Positions 1 through 12,307 are shown, numbered from the whole stretch's first letter. The stretch: DNA of 62,732 bases, filler included, from Rhabdomonas costata (GCA_019059605.1; 29 parts of 29 records of this genome joined end to end with filler, not necessarily neighbours in it); one strand, 5' to 3'. Made by a program: numbers and translations. Notes: generated by a model from the letters alone, not told the origin.

Positions 1-191
1 CAGACCTGTTATTGCTAAGTGGAATCATTTTTTTCGGTTTGTTATCCTGACGAAGCTTTGCTTTTGCTTTCTTTGGGGTGTGAAAGCCGTCTGGGAAAAA
101 AGGAACCTGTCCATTCTGCCCGCGTGGACTGTTCACAGGGATTTTGCTCATGGCTAGAATCCCGTTGGTGTTTCACACGTTTGCACGGCAG

Positions 192-1929
192 GCTTGTCGT
201 CGCCGCGGGGCTGGCTGCCCGCGAGCCCTGCCGCCCACATGGGGTTGTGGGGAAAGCTGTAGCCCGTTGGGTATCCTCGGTGCAACACCCCGCGACAACA
301 GCGGCGGTGGGCTCACTGCAGCCCGTGGCTCACGCCTACCTTGCTGCGCAGCACGTGACATGGTATCTACGTGTGCACCTTGGGTGGTGCGTTCGCTTCA
401 CTGAACGCTCAGGGCCTTCCCTTGCGGTTGCCGACTGACTGCGAGGGCCGTTCTGAAGATTTCAGGGAATGACTCGGGACGCCAACGCTCTTGCATCTTG
501 AAGCCATGTTTGTACACGCTTGAAAGCGGTTTGGGTTTGCCATGGGTGTGCATGCGGGAATCTTTGTGCAGCTCCCTGCACTGCACCACACCGGGCAGTG
601 GGCCGGCCTCCCTGCTGCTCGTTGTGCATGGCCTGGCACGGCACGTCTTCGCGTTGTGCACCACAGTGCTCTCCTCGAAAGGTGCCGTCCTCCCCCCCCC
701 CCTGTGCTTGATGGGGTGGGTCGACGAGAGAAGGATATACAGGCCACCACTCTGTGCAGTCTGCAACTCTGCAAAGTTACCCTTTGAATAGTGGACTTTA
801 CATAACAGTGCGTATTGTCAATCGCACTGATGAATTCTCGATATCGACCCTTTTGGATGTATTCTTAGGACTCGTGGGCAACACGGCGCTGCAGAAGCAG
901 CACCTCGACGCGCTGCTGGCGGAGACCCGCACCCCAGCTAACATGTACTCATATTTTCGATGTTTCGTGCCATCCTAGAATCCATTTCAACAGGGTATTC
1001 AACCCAAAGTGGATTGGTCCTCAAGGGAACAAAGCAGCATGCCACCTCATGCATTGCAGTAGATTGTATCACAGCAGGGAGTGCCTGACCGTGTGCACTG
1101 GCTTTCTTCCTTTTTGCTGCCATTTTTAAAAGTATTTGGAAATTGGGGTCTCTTAAATGAGCGGGCGCTTGGGAATGCTCGTTGCAGGGTGTACGGCTTT
1201 GCGACGGGGGAAGTGGACCCCGGGCTGGGGTCCTTCGGGTGTTCGGGGGTGCGGGGCCCTGTGGATGTCGCCCAGCTCTTCCAAAGCACTCGCGGAATGT
1301 GCTTCCTGGGGTGTCTTGCCACTCGGGTGCGCATTATGTATTCGTATGTATTCGTTGTGCCTAACTTTCAGCCAGGGACCTTTCATGAGGTGCTCCGCCC
1401 ATATCTCGCGTATGGATGTTGGTCTCGGTTGGGGATCGTCTATTCCAACCGAATGCCTCGGATCCGTGGTTATGCAGGCGAGGCAAAAAGTTGTGCCGCA
1501 TCTTCCGTACCGTGCGAGGGCACAAGGAACCCACAAAGAGGTGCGCACCCGCTGTAGTTGTAGCACAGAACCAAGGGCATCCTGTCGAGAAAGGCTGCTG
1601 AAATACAGAAACTATTACATATGCGGATAATTATCCTGACTTTGCACAGGAAAGTCTACAGCAAGAAGAGCCTGAGAGGATATCGTGCATGCGAGCAAGC
1701 ATCTTTGCGCGCAACCAGCGGCGTGAGAGGGAATGGGGCGACGTGCGCGCTCAGGCAGTTATATTCACTTCCTTTTTGCAAAACAAAAAGGAGGGCCCTG
1801 CCGCGACGAGTGGGGAGCCCGTGGGTCACAGCCTGCGGCCGGCGCTGCAAAGGCTGCGCGAGCTTGGGGTGCGGGTGGTGTGGCTGACTTCCGAGGCCCC
1901 AGCCGCTGCGCGGCACAGCCTGGCCTACC
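192..1929 (+). CDS. Divergent P2-type (Na/K- or Ca-like) ATPase-like protein, internal exons covering N and P domains
   Basis: GT-AG exons 192-362, 572-681, 869-945, 1188-~1298 and 1791-1929 give ...HVTCSLHCTTPGSGPASLLLVVHGLARHVFALCTTVLSSKG LVGNTALQKQHLDALLAETRTPANMVYGFA... and EPVGHSLRPALQRLRELGVRVVWLTSEAPAAAR. This is colinear with Na,K-ATPase SIH...LLVMKGAPERILDRC...RVLGF...[27 protein letters not shown]. Exons between 1300 and 1790 are uncertain. Confidence 0.62.
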
Positions 1930-2066
1930 GTGAGTGTCACCAGCAAGTGGTATTCGTGCACAACACCAAATGAAAAACACAAAGCCCAATGAAGCGCACC
2001 ATGAGCAATTGTCGAACCAGGGATGGCTTCTTTTACCACACCCACCCCACCACACACACCCACCAC

Positions 2067-2166
2067 NNNNNNNNNNNNNNNNNNNNNNNNNNNNNNNNNN
2101 NNNNNNNNNNTTAATTAATTAANNNNNNNNNNNNNNNNNNNNNNNNNNNNNNNNNNNNNNNNNNNN
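2067..2166. other. Artificial contig spacer (N44-TTAATTAATTAA-N44); first of 28 identical spacers, last at 60518-60617
   Basis: Identical 100-nt block with a six-frame stop linker every ~2.16 kb; flanking sequences are unrelated. Confidence 0.99.
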
Positions 2167-2377
2167 GGGTGTGTGGGCACGCCCTGGAATCGGGAAAGGA
2201 GGAAGCGTCAGACCGACCTATAAGGAAACAATTGCTACCTGCTGAGAACATTACCGTGTTGTGCACTCTCACTCGGAATTCCAAATCGGACGCTCACTCT
2301 TTGAGCGTGGAACCCAGCTTCTGATCGACAGACTGTTAGCGTGCTGGGAACGAGAAGAAGCAGAAGCCAAGCCAAAC

Positions 2378-2580
2378 TTGGCAATCGCGCGGCCGGAGGC
2401 CGGGGTGTCGGGCTCGCGGAGGTCGGGCCGGCTCTGGGCCCGACCCAGGACCTCCTGCAGGGTGTGGTCCACGAGGCCCTCCCCCTCGATGGCCTTAATG
2501 GTGGTGGAGATCCGGAACGTCGGCTTGGCCACCTTGCCCGCAGGCTTCGAGGCGCCCGGCTTCGAAGACATCCCGAGCAT
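2378..2580 (-). CDS. Probable coding exon, hypothetical protein (MLGMSSKPGASKPAGKVAKPTFRISTTIKAIEGEG...)
   Basis: Strong GC3 bias, ATG start and a GT donor (CCAA|GTTTGG); no family recognised. Confidence 0.45.
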
Positions 2581-4474
2581 AAACTCACGCAGTAGCAAGA
2601 CCCTTTAGACTTCCACGATAAACGTCAGCAGTCCGAGACTCCGAGACGCCCAAAGAAGGAGGCTGTTCCTTCGAGCAGTCACAGGTGGAAACAAAAAAAG
2701 AAACGAAAGCCGAAAAAAACTGTGAGAATCGTTCAACGGTTGAAAACGAAAGTCAAGAAAATACGAAGGCGCGGGCATGAGCATTATCCATTCGTGGGAG
2801 TTCCTGAGAGCAAGTGCGTCACGTAGAGCAGCTTTGGAGGTGTATTGAACACGCCCTAAACTTCCAATACAATTTCCACACAAGGGTGGTCCCCCATTTT
2901 TCGACTGTTGGATCGAGCTGAGCAAATTTGCAATGAAACTTGTAGCTTTCTCGCCCTGCTTCCGAAGGAATTCGAATCAGGGGCAAAACGACAGGCCCAA
3001 TGGAATGGTGCAGGGTGTAAGTTACCACTGACAACGGTTAACAGTGGTAAAAGAAAACTGCCTTTAAACTCTTGCTATATTAACTTAAAAACTGTCATCC
3101 CCCCAAAAAAAATTCCATTGCACCAAAAATACTCTGCCTAAGCATGCTTTTCACTTCCGACACTAACAAGCTCATTCGGAAGGAGCCTTCCAAATCTAAG
3201 TGAGTGGGAGCTTTTTTTTTGGGGGGGGGGGAACTTGCATCCCGTAGAACAGGTAACCATCAGTGTGCGCCGATTTTCCAAGTTTCTGCAACTCCAAATA
3301 CTTGCTATGCGTCATAGCAACAGAAATTCCATGAATTTTCGTACCGCAAAAGGGAGAAATTGTCCGCAGGGGGGTGCGTCAAGGCACCTATTGAGTATTG
3401 TCATGCTCTGCGTTTACCTGGCATCCACAGGGATGCGCAAGATCAGTGCTATGTAATGTGACATGGTACTTTTTATTCGCACCTGAAAATATAGATTTAA
3501 CAGTAAAAAAATAAGATGATACTGAAAAACTGATACTTTTCCTCCATTTATGCCTTTTTCACCCGTGCTCATCATTTTTTGGCTACTTCTCAGAAGCATC
3601 ATCGCGTGAAAAGAAGGGGACACGGCACAACATTCAAGCCATTCTCAAACTAGTGTCACATTAGGCTTTGAATGAAGTGCTGGATCTGTACAGCGCACAA
3701 TACAAAACATCCAGGAGCAAAGCTAAAACGCAGTACAGATAGAAGACATAAAACATCCGGAAGGTAACACAAAGGTCGCAGAGCATCTGCCAGCCTTCCA
3801 GCAAAGGAGACCGGAAGGCGAGAAACGGTGAGTGGGGAGGAGTGGGAATCCGACTGAACAACGAGCGAATGGATGCCTCACTCTCACATGAGAAGCGCTG
3901 CGCCGCGACGGGGTAAGTCTGCCGTTCATTAATGGCAGATACCGTCCGGGTGTGGAAGTTTGACCACGATCTGACACTAACAGTGAAAGACGGGCCAATA
4001 ATGCCTGCGGTGTGTGTCGCACACAATGGCCATACAGTGGCGGATTGCGACTCCATGCAGGCACACAGGGGCGAAGTGGTAAGTGGTGAGGTCAATGCAG
4101 GAGAGTGAGAACAGAAAATCATTTCCCGGGATACCAAATCTTCCGCTCCAAAATCGCAAGGGACAATAAATGGCAGCGAAGAGGGGAAAACGAAAAAAAG
4201 GTAAGCACGAAATCAGAAGGACCAACACAACCNNNNNNNNNNNNNNNNNNNNNNNNNNNNNNNNNNNNNNNNNNNNTTAATTAATTAANNNNNNNNNNNN
4301 NNNNNNNNNNNNNNNNNNNNNNNNNNNNNNNNGGGTGGGTGGGTGTTTGGTGGGGTTTGTCTTTTTGAAGGAAACCACATGAAGAGCATTCCCCCTCCAA
4401 ATGCGCTTTGGCCAGTTCCTTTTTCGAGACTATCGTTCACGTCAGACCATTTCTGATATATTCTCCAGTTTTGC

Positions 4475-5490
4475 TGTCATGTCTAGCAATGCAGAAGTTT
4501 CTGCTGCGGAGGGCTGTCGGCAGTGCAAACCACGGCCGAAGAGGCTCACCGTTTTGCGACGGTTGCTTGCCTATGCCAAACCTCTGGAGCTGGCTCAGAC
4601 AGGTTCCACCACCCTTCACTACTGAATTTTCTGTGTTGATTTCATCACCCAACTTTGCTACTACTTTTTTCTCTTGTTCGTCAGGACTTGGCATAGCCTT
4701 TGGTGTGATCTACAGCACGGCAACGCTGGACATTGCAAAAAATGCGGAACAGTTGCTTAATCCTGCACGAGTTCGCTCTCTCATTGAGAACTTTGGCTCC
4801 AACACAGCGGAATTTCTGCGCAACGCTGCACTTTCTGAGGTTATTTTGCTATTTCGTCTGCTACTGCTCCGATTGTTATGCAGAATGGCAATAAAGTTGC
4901 CGGCACGAAGCCAAAATAATTCATGAAAAGTTCAAGAAAAGACAGGGCAATGAATGCGGCGTGTTCTTGTCATTACGGCTTTGTTGCACATTCTGAAGCA
5001 AACTGTCAATCCAAAAAGTTGTGTTCAGGCTGTGTCTGGCGAGATAGAACGGGATTGGTGATTTCCCCTGGGATGCCGGAAAAAAGGCAAGGGCAACCGG
5101 GCGCATTCTTTGGAACTGCAGTTGTGCAACCTGATCTACCTGATTTCCACGGAGGCGGCTGGGCAGCACCTGGTTGGACGTTTGCGAGCTGACCTGTTCT
5201 CTCGCCTGTTGCGCTCGGAGCCCAGCGTGTTTGACGGGCAGCCCACGGGGCACTGGCTCAGCGTGCTCACCGAGGCCCCCTCCAGAGCGCATTCCCTCCC
5301 GCGCTGCGCGGCTCGGGCTGCGCAGCACGTGGTGTTTATCTGCCGCGGAGGGGCGGCACTGCTCCGGCAGGAGGCTGGCGCCCCGCCCAACCCGCGGATG
5401 CGCAGGCTGGTCGCGGAGCTGGCGCTGATTATGGGAAGCGCTGTTGGGTTTATTTTGGGCACAAGACCTCTCCGCAAGTTCATCGCAAAG
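4475..5490 (+). CDS. ABC transporter (ABCB-type) transmembrane domain, N-terminal exons
   Basis: Exon 5122-5274 LCNLIYLISTEAAGQHLVGRLRADLFSRLLRSEPSVFDGQPTGHWLSVLTE matches ABCB 'AGERIVARLR.DLF..LL.QE..FFD...TG.L.SRLT'. Upstream LRRLLAYAKP and downstream LVAELALIMGSAVGFILG fit the family; GTAAGG donor at 5491. Confidence 0.75.
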
Positions 5491-6850
5491 GTAAGGCATG
5501 AGTGTCTCAAACCTAAAAAAAAATGTAGTAAAAAGCCGTGAAAGTATGTAAAACTGGTACTTTTTATGAACACCGAATCCTGAACTTTCACAAGCTGTGT
5601 GCGGCGAAATTTAAAAAGGTACTGGAATGAGAGCACAGCACTTCTGCAGCAAAAATGAGTTATTTACAAGACAGAGAGAGAGAGAGAGCCGTGCGACAGC
5701 GGAAGACCGCGGGGGGAGTCGCCGTCGAGCTGAGACCCCGGGTGCAGGATGAGGCGAATGCTCGGCCGCCAACAACCGGGCAACGGTGTTCTCTCTGCCC
5801 AACTTACAGGCGGGAATTGACCCGTGCTCGTGCTGGCTAGTACAGGCGGAAGTGGATGCAAAACCTGGGTGATCAAACAACGAGTGGGCCGAGCAGCTGC
5901 GCGCCTCCCCCAGCTCTCAGGGGGACCATCACACAGCCTCTTCGAGCCGAAGAGGGGATCCTCTTCTGCTTAATTGCGAGAGTGTCATCATCAAGGATCC
6001 GGCTCTAGCGGGACCCGACCTCCTGCGCCACCACTCATTTCCACATTCCTCACCCAAAGAGAGAGAGAAGGAGAAGAAGAAGAAGAAATGCGAAATGCGA
6101 GACAAAAGAACGCGAATCCGGAAAGAAATTGGGAATTATTGAGACATGTGGGTCGAGAGAGATTTACGATTTACGACAGTCGCACATGCAGCCAACGTAC
6201 AACCTCGCCGTAGCGAAGTGAAAATATCGCGTCAAAGTCAAGGATCGGAAGATGCATCAGCACCCTCTGTGTGCGCTTTTTGCCTCCCTTCCCGAATCAG
6301 CCTCCTGCCAGGGTTAGCGCATTTCCTTCCGTTCGCTTTTCTATTTTGCTCGCAGGAGTCGCAGGAGGCTGATTCGGGAAGGGAGGCAAAAAACAACCNN
6401 NNNNNNNNNNNNNNNNNNNNNNNNNNNNNNNNNNNNNNNNNNTTAATTAATTAANNNNNNNNNNNNNNNNNNNNNNNNNNNNNNNNNNNNNNNNNNNNGG
6501 GGGGTTGTCGACGTGTAGGGTGATGCAAATTCCTGCGAAATGTAAGCCCAAGGTCAGCCCTTCTCGGACCCAGCCACTTCAGGATTGTTACCATTCAACA
6601 CCAACTACCAAGGCGCTCGCTGAGGGCTTGCACTCCAGTCTTTTGCCCTGGGCGGCAGAGGGATAAAAGCCTCGCCCAAACTACATGTATTTGCATCACC
6701 CTACACGTCGACAAGCATTCGCATGAACACCTCTCCGGCTGAACAGTCTCCCCCTTCTCACCCGTCCCTTCTCATGAAGGCATAAAGGTGAAAGCGACCC
6801 GACAAATTACTTGTATAGCGGGGCACAGAGGTGGTGGGGGGTGAGTTTGC

Positions 6851-7979
6851 CTTCAGCAAGGATTGCCAGCAGGAGTTGGCCTCCAGGCGCAGCCTCTCTT
6901 TAACCTGAGCCAGCTTGCGGGTGGAGGCTGTGTTCCAGAGAAATCACACACACAAAGAAAGAAAGAGGCAATATGACCCCATACCCATACAAAACCCAAT
7001 GAAATACGTATAGCACGTTACACCGAAAACTCAGCACATGTGCTTTTTAGCCTCAGTAGCATGAAAACGTTAAAAACATATCGTATACGTACATACAAGC
7101 CTAGCGGCATTTTAAAGCGTTCCCAGGACTTCAGTTGGAAATTCGTAACATGCTGAGTTTCGGGATGCAACTTAGCGTAGCAAAAGGGAGCCATTCGCTC
7201 AACCTGGGAAACTGTTTGGAGTGATGGCACAGTTGAAGATAAGCAGTGGGGCATTCTGACCTTGCACAAATGGGGTGTGGAAGCGGTGGGCCGCCTTCAC
7301 CCGGCTAATAATTTGCCAGTCCTTGGGGACTTTCGCGGCGTCCTTGAGGGGGATCTGAGATTGTACCACCCCGCAGTGCACAAAACCTGCACCTATGCTA
7401 ACACTTGTTCGCTTCCAAAACCCCTGTTGTTGTGCCTAAGTGCAAGGTTCATGCAGCCGCGACATTCTGCGATCTTCGTCACTGGAAACGGGAATCGAAG
7501 GAGAAAAAAAGGGACTTGCTCCTGTGCAAAAGCGGAGACATCGGCAAGCAGCTAGGGCGAAGGAGCACCTCCAGAAGGTACTCCACGCCGCTGATGGACT
7601 TATACTCCAGGGCGGGGATCCTCAGCTGGCGGCGTATATCCTGCCCAAGACGAAGGAAAAAGCCCTCTCAGACATTTCACCTCACCGCAAGAAAACAAGG
7701 CACCTCGAGCACGGCGCGTGGGTTCCCCGAATAAGCCCTAGGTGTGTACGAAGCTGCGAAGCTTCTTTCTGCACTGGGACACTGCCACACAGGAATGTAC
7801 ATTTAGCTGAAGCCCGAGATGCCCGTGAGAAGGAGAGGGGGGTGTGTGTCGTATCGCACCGCAAGGTGGGAGTTGAGCTGCTGCTGCAATTCGCGCAACT
7901 CCTCCCGAAGGGCGTGCAGCTCGGGATACGCCGCAGAGGTCGCCGAGAACAGCTCCGTGATGTCATTGCGGGCGGCAGC
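6851..7979 (-). CDS. MSH3: DNA mismatch repair protein MSH3, four internal exons (lever/clamp region)
   Basis: Exons 7979-7860, 7640-7569, 7354-7261 and 6927-6851 splice in phase to AAARNDITELF...LNSHLA DIRRQLRIPALEYKSISGVEYLLE IPLKDAAKVPKDWQIISRVKAAHRFHTPFVQ ASTRKLAQVKERLRLEANSCWQSLLK. This matches MSH3 'HLQEIRKILKNP..QYVTVSGQEFMIE......[20 protein letters not shown]'. Confidence 0.9.
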
Positions 7980-8669
7980 CTGATGGTGTGAGGGAAGTCG
8001 CGTTTACCAACTCCACCCGTCACCACCCCACACATTCGAGGCAACAACGCACAAACAGAAGAAACGAAAACTTGTAGTTGGAAGGGTTCACCAGATTGTT
8101 GACGATCAGAGAATCTGCCACACAAACCGCAACATACAGAAAGCCGCAGTAAACAAAACAGAGGGAGCCTGAAAATGGAAGGAGGGGGGATGCGTCAGCA
8201 ACGCATTTATCTAGGGCAGCGAAAATCTCAAGCCCCCCCCCCCCACTTCCCAACCACTGCTTTGAACCTATGCCCGTTCCTGCGCCAACGGCACACACAC
8301 CTTTACATACATATTGCGCAATGACGGCCAGGCTGGTTGCAAACGTTGCACACTCCTTCGTGCATCTTCACCCCTGCATTAAATTCGGTTGGCCTACGAT
8401 TGGCCAAAACCCTACCGAGACCTCGCGTTGGTACACCCAGCCAAGGGCTTTGTGTACTACGTACACACACGCGCAAATGGAGAACAAAACTGGTGCAAGC
8501 GCGCCTCCGTAAGAGCACAAAGAGACGGACAGTCAAGCTGAGGGGCTCATAACCACCACNNNNNNNNNNNNNNNNNNNNNNNNNNNNNNNNNNNNNNNNN
8601 NNNTTAATTAATTAANNNNNNNNNNNNNNNNNNNNNNNNNNNNNNNNNNNNNNNNNNNNTCTGTCTGCT

Positions 8670-8841
8670 GGGCGCATAGCGCGCTGGTTGAAGCCTGATT
8701 GAATGTTGGTTGGTCACTGTGGGCTGATGGGCGTATGCGCTGTTGGCCACACTGGAGGGAACGGTGCCGTGGGGTATTGGTTCACTGACGAGGGTTTCAT
8801 ATATGGTAACCTCTCCTCTGCCCCACGGCTACCGGGCATTT
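8670..8841 (+). repeat. Dispersed repeat family, copy 1 (GGGCRCATAGCGCGYTGG...GCCTGATTGAMTGTTG...)
   Basis: Aligns by eye with 17375-17550 and partly with 42446-42507 and 14841-14861 (minus). Confidence 0.7.
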
Positions 8842-9336
8842 GTCGCGCAGCTGCTTTTTCCCGATGGCTACCCGCACTGCTCTATTGCTGATCGGGTTTT
8901 TGAGGCGAGTGTCTGTAAATGTATGTATGTGGGGGGCAGCAGCAAGACGAGGGGAGTCGAATGTGCCCTCCCCAGGTGCCCAGGAAGGAGAGGGAGATAT
9001 TAGGGATTTCTCGCGCGAAAAAAAATCGCAGGAAAATGTTTTGGGATTCGCAATAAGCTCATCGCTGGAGGGCGTCTGCGGTGGGGCAGGGGCAGGGAGC
9101 ATATCCAGACAATGCCGAGATGATGATGCTACGCACCCTCTGCTTCGGTGCCTTTGGTGCCTCCCCCTTTGAAACGCCGAATGACTAAAAATACGTCGAA
9201 GTGGATGAAACTCCCCCGCGACTGCCCGTGAGGTGATAACAAGACACAGACATTTAAGGACGTATTTCCTCTCCTGACCCCATTGACCTGACAGATTTTC
9301 CCGAGGGGGTAGTCTCCGCCTTTTGTTCACAAGGGC

Positions 9337-10720
9337 TCTTCTTGCAGCCCGCGCCGCGCGGCGGCCACGCAGGACCCGTTGTCCGACGGGTTGAAGTGCT
9401 CCCCAGGCACACTGAGCATGCCCCCACAGGTTGGCATCCGAGCCGACCGCCTCACCAGCAGCAGCTGGTACGAACTGTTCAGCACGAAGATCCACACCCC
9501 CTGAGAGGGAAGCAGGAGATTCCAGCGATTCCAGCCGACACCAACCCCTTTCTGCACAGGGGGCCATGAGCGGCAGCCTCGAGAAGAAGTCCGAGATACG
9601 CTCCGTAACTCGGTCCTCAATCCCTTTGCAAATGACGGCTGAGAAGTCCCCGAATCCACCGCCTCCACAGACACATTGAAGCTATTGCAGAACAATAAGT
9701 GAAAATGCACGAAGAAGAAGTTCAGAGGAGTTCGTACACACGCTTCGCTTGGTTGTAATCACTCTGTCCCCTGTCATCTCGTGTGTGACATATTGAGTTC
9801 TGACATGTCCGCTCAGAAGGGCGACAGTCTCCGTGGGCACCACTCCGCCTCTAAATGCAGCTACGCCTCCTAGCAATTCAAAGCACTTCCTCCAGTGGGT
9901 TAAACGCCCGGAACCATCTGCAATCACAATTCACTCATGGCCATGCCCTGGCATGATTCTACGAAGCCCAATTTATTGCAACTCTAGGGTAGCACTACTC
10001 CAAACACTAGGGATGTACAGGGTGAGTGCCCCTGCCCAGGCAATAGCCCCAAACCTGCACCAGTCGCAAGTCTACGGACCTACATTGCTACATTGCCCTC
10101 CCGCACCATAGTGGCATGCAACCATTCAGGAGCACACAACACACACACACACACACACACACAAGAACACACAGTGTCGCCGCTACATCGTTTCAGGGCA
10201 GTGCACGGTAGCAGTGGATCGACGGAAACTATGATCCAAATGGGCAGAAGCCGCAGCAGCCCAACTAAACGCTAAAACGCCCATTTAAGGCCAAAGTCAC
10301 CACACTTTGCAGGCAACCGCACTCGCTGAGTACACTCGGAACCAACATATGATGGTGACGTGGGGTGGTATAAGCGACCTGGAAACTAAATCCTGCGGGA
10401 AGGGGGGGGGGCACAGGGGGCCCCATCAGAAAAGTGGAGACTAATAGATTCCACTTTTCTGCGGCATCAGCAGCAAAGGAAAAAAGAGCAGCTTGGTGTC
10501 CTGAGCTGGGCCTTCAAATTACCTTCAATTACACACCACACTTACCCCAGCACACCTTGTGAGGAAGGCCGCGGCGATGGGTCTCATCAATAGCAACCAG
10601 CCCAGTGGGGTGTTCCCAGTCAGGAGGAGCGAATATCTCCACCCTCTCGAGGGTGGCAGCGAGCCGCAGCGCCTTACCGCGGGGCCACAGGCACAAAATG
10701 GACACCACTAGCGCCACCAA
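9337..10720 (-). CDS. Nudix-fold hydrolase (IPP-isomerase-type-1-like N-terminus) with a hydrophobic leader, partial
   Basis: Exon 10720-10556 ...ERVEIFAPPDWEHPTGLVAIDETHRRGLPHK splices (GT-AG, ~1.05 kb intron) to exon 9500-9337 GVWIFVLNSSYQLLLVRRS..MPTCGGMLSVPGEH......CVAAARRGLQEE (Nudix box). Confidence 0.8.
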
Positions 10721-10880
10721 AACCCCNNNNNNNNNNNNNNNNNNNNNNNNNNNNNNNNNNNNNNNNNNNNTTAATTAATTAANNNNNNNNNNNNNNNNNN
10801 NNNNNNNNNNNNNNNNNNNNNNNNNNTTTTGGTTTGAAATAGACTCGTTTTGCTACTCTTTTAGGAGCTCGGGGACCTCG

Positions 10881-12307
10881 TGCGCGTCCTCCTCGATCAG
10901 CTCGGACCAGTTCTCGAGGTCCCCGAGCTCCTAAAAGAGTAGCAAAACGAGTCTATTTCCAGCCAAAGCTGACATGACATGATTTCCTTCTTGGAATTAG
11001 GGACATTTGTGTCTTCATGTGATTTCAGACATTACAGGGAGACAATATTTTGAACAACTGTGACAAAATTATGCTAACCGACATCGCTCTCGCTTCTCTA
11101 TCATTATCATGTTGCAAACACAGCGCACAAAGCACGCAAGTGAGTGGGCTATCATGTAGCCCACACAGACACGAAGAGAGCAAAAATAAAAAAAGAGAAG
11201 TTAAACGTGTGCAGGGAGACGGCCGCGGGCAAGCCTTCAAGGAGCGGTTGTGGTTGTCAAAGAGCGCGACAAAGCCCTGCGCCTGCTTCGCGAACACGGG
11301 GAGCAGGGTCTGGAACTCCTTGAACTGCATCTCAATGGCTTGCTGGTTCGAAAACACCTCGATCGTGTCTAAAAACAAAACACGTGTTTCATCTGCCTGG
11401 ACTTCGAGCGGGAAATTTGGATCCGACATTGCAACCATGTCGATTTACGCAGAATATCTGCGAGACCCAGATCCGCTTCACGACAGCTGATTATATTTGT
11501 ATGATTCCACTCAACGAACGCCAAGCATGCAGCAGCAGCGTCGCCAGCGTCCTATTGTAAATAATCAGGCACAAAACAACGCTACCTCCCTGAGGTAGAT
11601 GGATGGCAAATAAAACAAGGGCATGGAATTAATTCTGGCATCACTGAGGCTCCAGCCGACGGCACAATATCTGCGTGCAGATTGTCCCCAAGAATCAAAC
11701 CAAACAGTCAGAACCACTACCATCGCACGCTCACCTCGGTTGCACTGCTCCACAAGAGCGGCGGCGACGCCAGGTGCGCTGTCTCGAAGCTCCTTGAGCC
11801 GCTTCTCTGTGAAGAAGCGGCAAAACCAAAGAAAAAAGACCGAAACAGCTCGCCTTCGGTCAAGGGGCCACAACTCGGAGGTGTTTCCGCGTGAAATCAA
11901 GGGTAAGGAAACATCGCGCTGAGGTGTGCACCAGAGGAGCCGCTCCTGGACAAAATGAAATAGTGTTTCAAAGCAAAAAAAAAAACTTGCCAAAGAGTCA
12001 CACAGCAGGTAAAAATGGTAAGCCCGCATTGAGACAGAATCCTCAAGACGGGGACTTACGGCAGCGGGAGGGTAGGGCTGAAGCACACACGTTGACCCAC
12101 GTGAGGTAGAGACTCAGGCAGCAATTGAAAAGAACCGACTAAACCTACAAACGTATGAACATTTTGATGCCAAAATTATTGGACAGCATTTTTAAAAGGA
12201 CTGAAGTCCGCACGCAGCCGAAGAGCAGCATGCCGCAAACCTTGATCTTGGCGGAGGCTGGCAACCTTCTCGCCGTGCACCCGAAGCAGTTCCTGAAGCT
12301 CAGCCAT
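10881..12307 (-). CDS. BLOC1S1: BLOC-1 subunit 1 / GCN5L1, four exons, 3' end lost in a fold-back artefact
   Basis: Exons 12307-12241, 11806-11735, 11368-11235 and 10930-10881 give MAELQELLRVHGEKVASLRQDQEKRLKELR...VFSNQQAIEMQFKEFQ....FAKQAQGFVALFDNHNRSLKELGDLENWSELIEED, matching 'FAKQT.QW..MVENFNQALKEIGDVENW'. Confidence 0.9.

Noticed and set aside
2111-2122. Recurrent TTAATTAATTAA motif and ORFs ending in X...LIN
   Set aside because: Synthetic linker, not biological.
6505-6714. 26-bp inverted repeat
   Set aside because: One arm directly abuts the G/T primer tag at the contig start; same artefact class.
8670-8745. Possible tRNA gene
   Set aside because: No T-loop GTTCRA at the right distance and no acceptor-stem pairing; treated as a repeat head only.
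10837-10958. Perfect 44-bp inverted repeat resembling a MITE or hairpin RNA
   Set aside because: It sits at a contig end, replaces the expected continuation of BLOC1S1 exon 4 and pivots on CGAG microhomology: a snap-back amplification chimera.
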